Assembly (NCBI GenBank): GCA_963788655.1
Contig: CAWBHS010000038.1
Location: forward strand, 32,001-96,000
Source: an uncultured Verrucomicrobiae bacterium
GTDB taxonomy: Bacteria; Verrucomicrobiota; Verrucomicrobiia; Limisphaerales; JAFGQR01
Length of the DNA: 64,000 nt
Direction of reading: 5' to 3'
Shown here: positions 19,421 to 28,448 of the stretch, piece after piece
How the letters are laid out: each line of letters opens with the position of its first letter
Numbering within the stretch: position 1 is the stretch's first letter
Made by a program: the position numbers and the translations under genes
The notes under the pieces: model-generated
What the model was told of the DNA's origin: nothing
The model's input: only the letters and a program-made list of their open reading frames with translations
Databases searched by the model: none

Positions 19421-19867
19421 ATGGACACCATCGCACTCAGCAAATTCGGCCATTCCGAAGAGGAAGCTGCAATTACGTTCATCATAAACGGACGCGACCT
19501 TATCGACATCATCTTCGACCATGGCGGCGTTGCCCTTGGCCTTCCACTTCAGGTGATTTGCCAAGAGGAACGGTTCACAGTATTCAACGACAGGATTTCT
19601 GTTCGTCCTGAGCGCTTGGCAGTGCTTGCATGTGAGCAGGGTTGGTCAGGTGTCACCGCGGCGACCGCTATGGTAAATTGGTCGGACAGCGCCGTTACTT
19701 GGTCAGAGCTTGCGTCAGCGTGGCGAGGCAAGCCCTCGTCGATTCCGCAGATTGGGCCTTTCGAGTTTGACCGCAAGCAATACGAAGGAGTGATGGCGAC
19801 AGGTCGCGAATTAGCCGAGAGTTGGAGAATGTCACATGGCCTTCAGTCCAGTTCCAAAATTGCCTAA
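19421..19867 (+). CDS. cassette 1 hypothetical protein (148 aa)
   Basis: ATG 19421; TAA lies inside GCCTAAC. Confidence 0.75.
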   Translation: MDTIALSKFGHSEEEAAITFIINGRDLIDIIFDHGGVALGLPLQVICQEERFTVFNDRISVRPERLAVLACEQGWSGVTAATAMVNWSDSAVTWSELASAWRGKPSSIPQIGPFEFDRKQYEGVMATGRELAESWRMSHGLQSSSKIA

Positions 19868-19957
19868 CCAATCGAGTCACCGAATGAGCGGCAAGCACGT
19901 CAGTTTTGAATTTGGAAGGCACCGGGATGCCGCTCATCGGTGCTCTCAGCGTTCGCC
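19862..19957 (+). other. attC site 1
   Basis: GCCTAAC..GAG[T]CACCGA[A]TGAGCGGCA / TGCCGCTCATCGGTGCTC..GTTCGCC. Confidence 0.9.
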
Positions 19958-19963
19958 AGCAGT

Positions 19964-20413
19964 ATGATCGCGCTCGATCTTCAGACGTTTGAGCAAAGCC
20001 GTGAAAGCGGCACCGTGACGGGCGTGATCCACGTTGATTTGGAGTCGGGGGCATTTCCAGAGACGGGCTGGTCAGATTTCCCCGTGATCATTCTCAGTTG
20101 GTGGGCCGAGGCATTGCTCCAGTTGGAGACGCCCACGAGGCGCGAGGTGCTGTGGCGATTCATGGACGGCCCGCACAGTCTGACGCTCACAAAGGTGACG
20201 GGCCTCGTTCCAAGTGGCGCGCTGACATTTGGGCGTGTGGAGAGTGGTGTGCTTGAGGCAGCACAGCGCGTCGTCGCATACTGCGAGCAGCACGAGATGT
20301 TCAGCAAAGATTTGGAGACGCTGCGAGAGAATGTCCAGAGACTCAAGGCGAACCAGACGGTGCAGCGAACGGGAGCCAGCCGTTCGCTCACATTGAAATA
20401 CGACCGTCAGTGA
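19964..20413 (+). CDS. cassette 2 hypothetical protein (149 aa; reads into attC2)
   Basis: ATG 19964 just after the core; FPETGWSDFPVIILSWW motif. Confidence 0.75.
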   Translation: MIALDLQTFEQSRESGTVTGVIHVDLESGAFPETGWSDFPVIILSWWAEALLQLETPTRREVLWRFMDGPHSLTLTKVTGLVPSGALTFGRVESGVLEAAQRVVAYCEQHEMFSKDLETLRENVQRLKANQTVQRTGASRSLTLKYDRQ

Positions 20414-20447
20414 CGGCTGGCTCCCGTCGCTGACCTTTACGTTCTGC
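20347..20447 (+). other. attC site 2
   Basis: GGCGAAC..GGT[G]CAGCGA[A]CGGGAGCCAGCCGT / ACGGCTGGCTCCCGTCGCTGACC..GTTCTGC. Confidence 0.9.
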
Positions 20448-20465
20448 GGAATCACGTGCGAATCC

Positions 20466-21779
20466 ATGCGATACCTTCTGTCCCTAATGCTAATCCTTGC
20501 GGCGAACCATCCCCACTGCGGGGGCGCAACGCCTGACCCATACGACGCGCTGTATGACACCATCATAGTCCGCAAGACGCTCGATGGGGGTGTTGTTGCA
20601 CCAGAACCGGAGTCACCCTTGCTTTGGAGTGATTCAACCTACTTGATCAACAAAGGCGAGCTTACGCGGCTTTTGAATTCACTGGACAGGTTTAACGCGC
20701 TTTCTCGGGAGCAGATCACAGCCTATCCGTCGGTGAAGCGCGCAATTCTACAGCACCACGTCTGGACGGTGTTCGACTGGACGACGAGGCTCAGCGAATC
20801 ATCGCTCGAACCACGGCTTACGCAATCCAAGCTGTTCAGGCTTCAGCAGGGTCTCGCTTCCACGATCAAAAAGCTCGCCCTGTCGGAGACGGAGATTCAT
20901 CGGTTACCCACCTCCATGAAAGTGCCCGCGGATTTCAGTGTTCAAGCACAAGATGGCGAAACCGGCGACGCGTTGAAAACATTGTTTCCACGTGATCTCT
21001 ACAATGAACAAGGCCCATGGGTGTGCCTTGCGAAGCTTGATCATGATGTCCCGGCGATGTTGCACACGGATTCGGTAGGCTCGCGTTCAGCCTTTCTCAT
21101 TTTCTTGAGGCTGCCAGACGGTCGCCAGGAGACTTTGGATTACCTTGATCGACTGGCAGCTTTTCGGTCGCCGTGGGTTCCAGGCAAGCAGGAGCCATTT
21201 GTAAATATAACCCGGCAACCGGTGATGAGGTATCTGGACCTGCACGACAATCCGCTGACTCCTCAGTTTCCTGTTGGAACTCAAGTTGCGCTTGTGCAGC
21301 AGGCATTGCTGATTAGCGACTCAGAGGAGCTTGTTCTAAGTCCGCTTGTGCAGAGCGTTCAATTGCGTGTCTATCTCAACGTCGATATTGATACGAGGCG
21401 GAACAATCAGGCACTCCCGCCGAGTCAGGTCTTCGCGGAGTTTGTCCTGCAGCCGAGAGAGATGATCAAGAGCGGGAACCCCATGAGAGCTGTCGCAGCA
21501 GGGGAGATTCGTTACTCGACCACCTTTGTATCTGGTGATCCAATTGAGCATCCGGGAATATCACACGGTTCCAACGTCCCGCGGTTGGAGAGCTGCACGG
21601 CCTGTCATAGCGCCTCGGGAATTCATTCCTTCAACAGCCGTTTGGAACTCTTTCAGAACAGAAGTCTACTGCCACCCCGTTTCACCGCGACCAGTCCGAA
21701 AGCAATAGGAGATTCCACTGCTAGACTGAAGCGCACGGACGTTTCGTGGGGACTGCTGCGAGGACTGTGGCGCAATTAA
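20466..21779 (+). CDS. cassette 3 secreted protein with C-terminal CxxCH (possible c-type heme) motif
   Basis: Hydrophobic N-terminus; SCTACHS near the C-terminus. Confidence 0.75.
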   Translation: MRYLLSLMLILAANHPHCGGATPDPYDALYDTIIVRKTLDGGVVAPEPESPLLWSDSTYLINKGELTRLLNSLDRFNALSREQITAYPSVKRAILQHHVWTVFDWTTRLSESSLEPRLTQSKLFRLQQGLASTIKKLALSETEIHRLPTSMKVPADFSVQAQDGETGDALKTLFPRDLYNEQGPWVCLAKLDHDVPAMLHTDSVGSRSAFLIFLRLPDGRQETLDYLDRLAAFRSPWVPGKQEPFVNITRQPVMRYLDLHDNPLTPQFPVGTQVALVQQALLISDSEELVLSPLVQSVQLRVYLNVDIDTRRNNQALPPSQVFAEFVLQPREMIKSGNPMRAVAAGEIRYSTTFVSGDPIEHPGISHGSNVPRLESCTACHSASGIHSFNSRLELFQNRSLLPPRFTATSPKAIGDSTARLKRTDVSWGLLRGLWRN

Positions 21780-21794
21780 TACCAAAGTGAAACC

Positions 21795-21866
21795 GAAGAA
21801 CCAATCGTGCGAGCGAGTCCCGACTGCGCTATCGCGCCGTCGGGATCGCTCCACTCGGCGTTCGGC
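21795..21866 (+). other. attC site 3 (short)
   Basis: GAAGAAC..GTG[C]GAGCGA[G]TCCCGAC / GTCGGGATCGCTCCAC..GTTCGGC. Confidence 0.85.
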
Positions 21867-22044
21867 GGCGAATCTATGAGTGTCCTCACGCGCATGTTTG
21901 GCAAGAAGCAGTCCCCAACGCCAAGGATCATTCCGATTTGCGCTGTTCTTCGCCACACACGTCAGCCGGGCTTCTTCCTCCAATCGTTCTGCCGCGACAA
22001 GTTTGCTGGTTTCCATAGGAACTGGGGATACCTGCAATCCCTTA

Positions 22045-23339
22045 GTCGCTGGTAATAAATAAGGGTGGCATGTGCAGGTCGAGTTGGCTATGATGCTCCG
22101 CTATGAGTCATTTGGCGGTGCTCACGCAGAAGTTCAGATCGATTTGGCCACTTCTTGATGAACGAACGCGGCGCATCATGGCGGCGAACGAGGCGATCGG
22201 CCTGGGTTATGGCGGCGTGTCGATCGTTCATCGGGCTTGTGGATTGTCGCGGAAGGCGATTGGCAAGGGAGTCCTCGAAATTCAAACGGGGACATGCCTT
22301 GCGGAAGGGCGCATCCGGCGTGCGGGAGCGGGGCGCAAGACGATCACGGAAACCGATCAGGGTCTGCTGCATGCACTGGAGTAGTTGATTGACTGTGGCA
22401 CGCGCGGTGATCCGGAGTCTCCTTTGCGCTGGATTTGTAAGAGCACGCGGACCATCGCTTTGCAATTGCGCCAGCAGCGGCATCCGATCAGCCATGTGAA
22501 AGTGGCCCAACTCCTCCACGAACAGAACTACAGTCTGCAAAGCAATCGCAAGACCGAGGAAGGCAAGGGTCACCCGGACCGGGATGCGCAGTTCCGCCAT
22601 ATCAACGCGAGTGTTAAAAAATCCTGGCGGCAGGACTGCCGGTTATTTCAGTGGACACCAAGAAGAAAGAACTGATTGGCAACTACGATAATGCCGGTCG
22701 ACAATGGCTGCCTTCCAAACAGCCCATTAAAGTCAGCGGCCATGACTTCCCGAGTCCCGAAGTGCCCCGGGCTTATCCCTATGGCATTTATGACCTGGGA
22801 CGCAATGCCGGCTTTGTGAACATCGGCACCGACCACGACACGGGTGCCTTTGCCGTGGCCTCCATTCGGGGTTGGTGGCGCTTTGAAGGCCGCCATTTGT
22901 ATCCCGCCGCCCGGAAGATTCTCATCACCGCCGACGGCGGTGGCAGCAACGGTTCCCGGCTGCGGCTCTGGAAATGGGAATTGCAACAGTTGGCCGATGA
23001 AACCGGATTGTCGCTTTCCATCTGCCACTTTCCACCCGGCACGAGCAAATGGAACAAGATCGAGCATCGCCTCTTTTCCTTCATCTCCTCGAATTGGCGG
23101 GGTGAGCCGTTGCGGGATTACGAAACCATCGTGAACTTGATTTCCAAGACCACTACGGCCAAGGGATTAAAAGTAACCTGTCGATTGGATCGTCGCAAAT
23201 ATCCCACAGGCCGAAAAGTCTCCAACCAAGAAATGAAGCGGGTGAATGTGAAACGCAATCTGTTCCATGGCGAATGGAACTATGTTATCAAGCCAGGCTC
23301 TCAGAGTCTGAGTTGATACCTTAATTACTTACCGAATAC
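22045..23339 (+). mobile_element. ISAzo13-family insertion sequence (1295 bp)
   Basis: Imperfect terminal IRs GTCGCTGGTAATAAATAAGG / CCTTAATTACTTACCGAATAC; TTA duplicated at 22042-22044 and 23340-23342. Confidence 0.88.
22103..23316 (+). pseudogene. ISAzo13 (Rhodopirellula-type DDE) transposase with an internal TAG and a frameshift
   Basis: LDERTRR, GDPESPLRW, VDTKKKE, ITADGGGSN and PPGTSKWNKIEHRLFS motifs; TAG at 22382-22384; frameshift in the A-run near 22620. Confidence 0.9.
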
Positions 23340-23523
23340 TTAGCGAAGCGGAGATGCGAACTACTGGGTTGCAGGTCGTGCTTGCAGACTTGGAAGATTA
23401 CTCACGGAGAGACAGCGATCAGCGCGTTAACAAAAGGTGGTGCGAGTTTACAGTTGTGACTTCGTTGATCACGACAAAATCCGACCGCTTGAAGAAAAGG
23501 CTTCACGCAAAATTGACCGGTAG

Positions 23524-23661
23524 GCCCAACAAGGTCACTGGAGCGAACAGCCGCCCCGCTTCGCAGTTAGAGAGTCACGGGCTTCGGCGACGCGCTCTGG
23601 TTGTCGAGCGGCACAGGCGTTATCACGGCGGGGCGGCTGTCGCTCAGTTCTGTCGTTGGGC
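23524..23661 (+). other. attC site 4 (long)
   Basis: GCCCAAC..ACT[G]GAGCGA[A]CAGCCGCCCCG / CGGGGCGGCTGTCGCTCAGT..GTTGGGC. Confidence 0.88.
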
Positions 23662-23693
23662 CACAATATCACTCGGACATTCCTAAACAGCAT

Positions 23694-24020
23694 ATGCCAA
23701 TTTGCCCCGAATGCCGCACTGGATACGACGACACATTGCCCGCATGTCCTTCTTGTCACCGACAGAATCCTTCACTGGGGCGGTCATGGTCGATCATTAG
23801 GACCGGCAGGCTTATCGTCGGCCTTGTCGTAATCAATATCGGGATATTTGTCATGACGGCAGCTTGGCTACCACGAAAGAGCAGCTACCGATTCAGCGGT
23901 CCCATTTCTCGATTCATCAATTCCCGGGAACGATGGGATATTCCCTGGGTGGTACTGGTGGGCAGTTCACTCGTTTCCACCGGTGCAGTGTTGGTTCTAC
24001 GGAAGGGACAGAACAGTTGA
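23694..24020 (+). CDS. cassette 5: zinc-ribbon (CxxC..CxxC) two-TM membrane protein
   Basis: MPICPECRTGYDDTLPACPSC followed by two hydrophobic segments. Confidence 0.75.
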   Translation: MPICPECRTGYDDTLPACPSCHRQNPSLGRSWSIIRTGRLIVGLVVINIGIFVMTAAWLPRKSSYRFSGPISRFINSRERWDIPWVVLVGSSLVSTGAVLVLRKGQNS

Positions 24021-24050
24021 GATGAAGAACAAGCCCAACAAGTGCGATGG

Positions 24051-26223
24051 TCGTGCCGAGACAAGCTCGGGACGTTGGAAGAGGGGTGACACCCCTTGAA
24101 ATTCGTCAATATTACCCAGTGGGTGCGTCCGCGGGTGCGGTCCAATCCCACTCGACCAAAGGCTAGCCACCGGGTCGATAGCGGAACCGAAGTGCGATCG
24201 TCAGCAGACGGTGTGCGAAGCAGAGGGAACGCGAGGGCGCAGGCCGCGGAATTGAACCCCGAAAAATGTATCGTGGTGGTCAGAGAATAAGTCCGGGCAA
24301 CCGGAACGAAAGCCGACAGGGTCCATCGCCTGGAAGGCGGCAGTCCTGTCCGCGTCACGGCGAGCGGGCGGGACCCCACCGAGGTCTGAGAGCGGGGCAT
24401 GCGCTTAGAGGGGTAATCCGGGAACTCGGGAGAACCTCCCGTCTCCTTGGGGAAAACCGCCGGAATCAGGGTGACCGGCACCATCAACACCCTGGCGTTG
24501 GCCGTTGGATGCGGACGGTCAACGAGCCGAACCCGGCGCGAGCCGGACGGAACACGAAAGACAGCGCATCAACCCAAGGTACCGGCAGGGAGCCGCAAGC
24601 GAACCGACCGGGAGGGACGAAGGTAGTCGTAGCAACGCATAGTACCGCTGATTCCGAGGCCGCGAGGCCGACGGATCGGACGCGTGGGGAACCGAGGCCC
24701 AAGGGACCCACGATAAACCCCCAGTGGGAGCGGGAAGGCAATGCCGGGCATGACCTCTGGACCAGGGAACTACCGGAGTGACTTCGAGCGCACCAACGGT
24801 ATCCTCGCGACTGGCCCAGATTGCGGAGCAATCAAAGCGGGAGCCGGCGATGGTGTTCACCACGCTGGCTCATCATTTGGACGAGGACTTTCTCACGGAA
24901 GCCTTTCACCAACTGCGGAAAGACGCCGCGGCGGGCATCGATCAGATGACCGTAGCGGGCTACGAGCCGAACTTGCGGGAAAACATCGCCGAGCTGGTGC
25001 AACGGTTGAAGACCCGGAAATACCGGGCGCAACCGGCCCGGCGGGTGATGATTCCCAAGAGTGACGGCAGCCAGCGCGCGCTGGCGATCCTGGTGCTGGA
25101 AGACAAAATCGTGCAACGGGCGGTAGCGAGCCTGCTGGAAGCGATCTACGAACCCCACTTCTATGGGTTCTCGCATGGCTTTCGGCGCGGGCATAGCGCG
25201 CACGAAGCATTGAGTCGTCTGCGGGACCAGTGTCTGAAGCTGGGCACCAATTGGATTATTGATGCCGACATTGCCAAGTTCTTTGATACCATCGCGCCGG
25301 AGCACTTGCGCACCATCCTCCAAAAGCGCGTCAACGACGGCACCATCCTGCGACTGATTGGGATGTGGCTGCACGTGGGCGTGCTGGAGGGAGAGCAAGT
25401 GATTCGGAGCGAACTGGGCACCCCGCAAGGGGGCGTGATCTCGCCTATCCTGGCAAACATTTTCCTACACACGGTGCTGGACGAGTGGTTCGAAACGGTC
25501 GTGCGACCGCGCATGGGCGGGAACTGCTGGCTGGTGCGGTTTGCGGATGATTTTGTCATGGGTTTTGCGATCAAGACCGACGCGGCGAAAGGGTTTCGGG
25601 TCTTGCCGAAGCGGTTCGATCGGTATGGGCTGACGATCCATCCGGTGAAAAGCCGGCTGGTGCAATTCAGCCGGCCGTTCGGGCGGCACGGCAAAGGCCC
25701 GGGGACGTTCACGTTTCTGGGGTTCGACCACTACTGGGGCAAGACCCTGAAGGGTGGCTGGACGATCAAGCGCAAGACCCACGGGAAACGGCTGCGCCGG
25801 TTCCTGAGCGGGATTCACGAGTGGTGCCGCAGGCACCGCCACGACCCCATCGTGGAGCAATACCGGACCTTGAAGGCCAAACTGCGCGGACACTATGAGT
25901 ATTACGGTGTGCGCGGAAACTTCAAGCTGCTGGAAGTTGCCTATGAACACACCGAACGGGTGTGGAAGCGGTGGTTGAGTCGGCGGAGTTCCAAGCACCG
26001 GCTGAACTGGGAGCAATGGATGGTGCGGTGGCAGGCGATCTGCCCGCTGCCGAAACCGAGGATCGTCCATGAGTTTTGAGGGCGGGCAGCAACGCGTCAT
26101 GCGCCCCGGCTGGGAACGGTCGGGGACACCCACCGGGTGGCGGGTACTGAGGAACCGTGTGAGGGAATGCTTCACGCACGGGTCTGTGGGGGGCGTCGGG
26201 GGCAACCCCGGCTCCTACCCGGC
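24051..26223 (+). mobile_element. group II intron (bacterial class E-like), boundaries +/-1 nt
   Basis: RT ORF; domain V at 26152-26184 (GAACCGTGTGAGG..TTCACGCACGGGTC); domain VI ending CCTACCCGGC; EBS1 hairpin GCCGAC-AGG-GTCCATCG-CCT-GGAAGGC. Confidence 0.9.
24778..26079 (+). CDS. ltrA: group II intron reverse transcriptase/maturase (no endonuclease domain)
   Basis: TLAHHLD, IPKSDG, EDKIVQRA, SHGFR, GTPQGGVISPILANIFLH, RFADD, FTFLGF, LRGHYEYYG and PLPKPRIVH motifs. Confidence 0.96.
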   Translation: MTSSAPTVSSRLAQIAEQSKREPAMVFTTLAHHLDEDFLTEAFHQLRKDAAAGIDQMTVAGYEPNLRENIAELVQRLKTRKYRAQPARRVMIPKSDGSQRALAILVLEDKIVQRAVASLLEAIYEPHFYGFSHGFRRGHSAHEALSRLRDQCLKLGTNWIIDADIAKFFDTIAPEHLRTILQKRVNDGTILRLIGMWLHVGVLEGEQVIRSELGTPQGGVISPILANIFLHTVLDEWFETVVRPRMGGNCWLVRFADDFVMGFAIKTDAAKGFRVLPKRFDRYGLTIHPVKSRLVQFSRPFGRHGKGPGTFTFLGFDHYWGKTLKGGWTIKRKTHGKRLRRFLSGIHEWCRRHRHDPIVEQYRTLKAKLRGHYEYYGVRGNFKLLEVAYEHTERVWKRWLSRRSSKHRLNWEQWMVRWQAICPLPKPRIVHEF

Positions 26224-26323
26224 ACCGAATGACGAGGAGCGCGGTCAGCCGCATGTTCCAAGTCGAGCGCCCTTGGCGCGCTCCTCGTCATCGGTCAGCT
26301 TTGCGTTCGGCGGAAGACGGCGT

Positions 26324-26692
26324 ATGGCATTGACGTGCTACACTGGGCCAGAGGCACTCGAATGGCTGAAAGAGAAAGCCGCCGCAAAGGGGTTCGCCTT
26401 GAATCGCTTTGGGAACAAGGACGAAGCGATCTGTTTCGTGGAGCAGCTTTATCGGCTTGGAGCATCCAGAGTATTTGTGCCGGATGACGCGATCCGCGAT
26501 TACGAGAGGCTCCGGCGTGAGATAGGCGGGGCATCTTCCGACTCTCTCGTCGTTGTCTTGCCATCCGAGTCTGCCAAGCGAGAAGCTCTGCTTGAGTTTT
26601 ATCAGCAGGAAGCCAGCAGTGAGGGTTTGGATGACCAGACGCCGGAGCAATCAATAGCCGACGGCCAATACCTTTTTTTCTGGTGGGACTAG
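26324..26692 (+). CDS. cassette 6 hypothetical protein ending in FFWWD (122 aa)
   Basis: ATG 26324 after the GTTCGGC core; stop just before GCCGAAC. Confidence 0.78.
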   Translation: MALTCYTGPEALEWLKEKAAAKGFALNRFGNKDEAICFVEQLYRLGASRVFVPDDAIRDYERLRREIGGASSDSLVVVLPSESAKREALLEFYQQEASSEGLDDQTPEQSIADGQYLFFWWD

Positions 26693-26703
26693 ATGAGAGA
26701 ATC

Positions 26704-26796
26704 GCCGAACAAGCCGGATGCAGTGAACCCCGCGATTGCGCCTTGGTTTCAATCCGGATATCACTGGCGCGGGGTCACTGATCCGGGACGTTCGAC
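26704..26796 (+). other. attC site 6
   Basis: GCCGAAC..GGAT[G]CAGTGA[A]CCCCGCG / CGCGGGGTCACTGATCC..GTTCGAC. Confidence 0.9.
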
Positions 26797-26813
26797 TGGG
26801 AGCCCAACGCTTT

Positions 26814-27369
26814 ATGTCGGTTTACGGCCTTGAGATTCGTTACAATAACAACGCACCACTTCGCTGCTTTTCGCGTGAGCGCGGCGGGGTGAGTGCTCAC
26901 GTGTACACCGTGAAGGGAAACCAGCTCCAACTAGATGTCATGAGAAAGACGGACTTTCGTCGCTTGGAGTACCTCATTGCCTGCCTTGGTCCCCGGAGAC
27001 GTGTTGAGTTTTACGTTTATGAGCCGAGCACGTATAGGGAAACAGAGTATGGGGCGGCTTAGCCGTCTTGCCCGCAAGCCGCTAACACGTCGCAAGACAC
27101 CGAATTTCAGGCTTGGGTTTGATCTTCGTCTTAAGACAGGTGACACCATTCGGACATCTCACCCCAATCGCGGAGGACTCAGTTTTATGCTTGCCAACAT
27201 TCCACTCAACCATGCCAGAGCATTCGTGATGGCTTGGAATCAGTCCGAGCGATGGCATTGGCAGTTACCTGACCTCCACTCGGACGAAGGAGTCGCGTTT
27301 CACATCATCGAGACCGACTGGTGTGATGAGCCGCCCAGCGTCCGATCCGCATCCGACCCACATGACTGA
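26814..27369 (+). pseudogene. cassette 7 gene, apparently frameshifted (or two overlapping ORFs)
   Basis: Removing one C from CCCC at 26991-26994 joins the two frames into one ORF ending just before GTCGAAC. Confidence 0.55.
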
Positions 27370-27371
27370 AT

Positions 27372-27441
27372 GTCGAACAAAGCGATGGACACGAATCCTC
27401 ACTCCGCTGCGCTCCTTGAGGATCGGTCATCGGCGTTCGGC
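27372..27441 (+). other. attC site 7 (short)
   Basis: GTCGAAC AAAGCGATGGACACGAATCCTCA / TGAGGATCGGTCATC GGC GTTCGGC. Confidence 0.82.
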
Positions 27442-27459
27442 GACATGCCGCATGCACTT

Positions 27460-27693
27460 ATGAGCAACGATACCCAGACAAACCACGCGGACACGACCTT
27501 GCTGATCCTCGGCATCGTGTCGTTTTTCCTTTACCCATTCACGGCCATTCCAGGCATCCTCATTGGCAGGCAGCAGACCGGCCTCTCGTCGCGTGGACGG
27601 ACTGGTTACGTGCTTTGCTGGATTTGCATGGGACTTTTCTGCGTCCACTTGCTGATCGTCGGCCTGATGCTCGCGCAGGGGATGGCACGATGA
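27460..27693 (+). CDS. cassette 8 small two-TM membrane protein (DUF4190-like)
   Basis: LILGIVSFFLYPFTAIPGILIG ... GYVLCWI. Confidence 0.7.
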   Translation: MSNDTQTNHADTTLLILGIVSFFLYPFTAIPGILIGRQQTGLSSRGRTGYVLCWICMGLFCVHLLIVGLMLAQGMAR

Positions 27694-27715
27694 GCACGAC
27701 TCTTCAGTCAGGATT

Positions 27716-27837
27716 GCCGAACAAGCGGGTGGAGCCGCCCCGCCGCCCCGCTTGTCCGTTTGACGCTGGGCGGCAATTCGAGAGTGCCTCGTGCGCTCCA
27801 CCGTTCCTGTCGGCGGCGGTCGCTCACCCCGTTGGCC
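27716..27837 (+). other. attC site 8
   Basis: GCCGAAC..GGGT[G]GAGC..CCGCCGCC / GGCGGCGGTCGCTCACCC..GTTGGCC. Confidence 0.78.
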
Positions 27838-27886
27838 TCTGCCGACAACGTCGTAGCAAGTCCGAAAGTCCGAGAGCCCTCGATCA

Positions 27887-28432
27887 ATGAAGAAGCGTAT
27901 GACGACATCCGACAAGTTGGCCCTTTGGGCACTCGTTGTCTCTCTGCTGGCGCTGCTCGGAGTACCAGGCTCTGCGTGGCTTTCGTATCATTATGCTGTC
28001 AAAGTCTTCCGCCTCCAGGAAATTGAAGCCAAAGCAGCGCAATGGTACGATGCAAAAGTGCGACTGGATCATGACTTGACTCTCTATGGTCGCGTAGTGC
28101 GGACGATTGGAGAGACGGAACTCGGGGTCGGCTTCAACACCAGACCAATCCCGGAGCCAGACCGGTTCTTCACCAAGGTGTTTGACACGGGCATTCACGA
28201 TCTCATTCTAAGCGATGTCACTCGGCTAAGAAACCTCGGCTTTGACGTGTTCTTCGAGGCCCAGGACTCCACGGTCAACGAGGCATTGATCATGTTCATT
28301 CTGAAGCAGGACAAATTGACTTCCGCAAAGAGGGCCGAGCTGATCTTCAGGTGTTTTCTAGAGAATGGCGTCCAGGCAAAACTATCCACAATTTCGCGCG
28401 AGGACATTCGCGCTTTCTTGCGGTCACGATGA
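27887..28432 (+). CDS. cassette 9 hypothetical protein with N-terminal TM anchor
   Basis: 181 aa ORF bounded by GTTGGCC and GGCCAAC. Confidence 0.75.
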   Translation: MKKRMTTSDKLALWALVVSLLALLGVPGSAWLSYHYAVKVFRLQEIEAKAAQWYDAKVRLDHDLTLYGRVVRTIGETELGVGFNTRPIPEPDRFFTKVFDTGIHDLILSDVTRLRNLGFDVFFEAQDSTVNEALIMFILKQDKLTSAKRAELIFRCFLENGVQAKLSTISREDIRAFLRSR

Positions 28433-28448
28433 GAGCAACAGAATGATC

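Larger units (their letters stand above)
21876..23523 (+). pseudogene. cassette 4 gene interrupted by IS
   Basis: Joining 21876-22044 to 23343 onward restores the frame (...YLQSLS-EAEMRTTGLQ...). Confidence 0.75.
24033..26311 (+). other. attC site 5, split by group II intron
   Basis: Left part GCCCAAC AAGTGCGATGG (24033-24050) plus right part ACCGAATGACGAGGAGCGCG...CGCGCTCCTCGTCATCGGTCAGC..GTTCGGC (26224-26311). Confidence 0.85.

Noticed and set aside
24042..24046. GTGCG as the intron 5' end
   Set aside because: It leaves the attC without an L'' box and ignores the EBS1 match to GCGATGG; kept only as a less likely alternative
24096..24863. Short ORFs upstream of the RT
   Set aside because: They lie within intron RNA domains I-III and have no protein-like features
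24778..26079. Retron, DGR or defence-associated RT
   Set aside because: Maturase domain plus domain V/VI RNA structure identify a group II intron; no template/variable repeat pair seen
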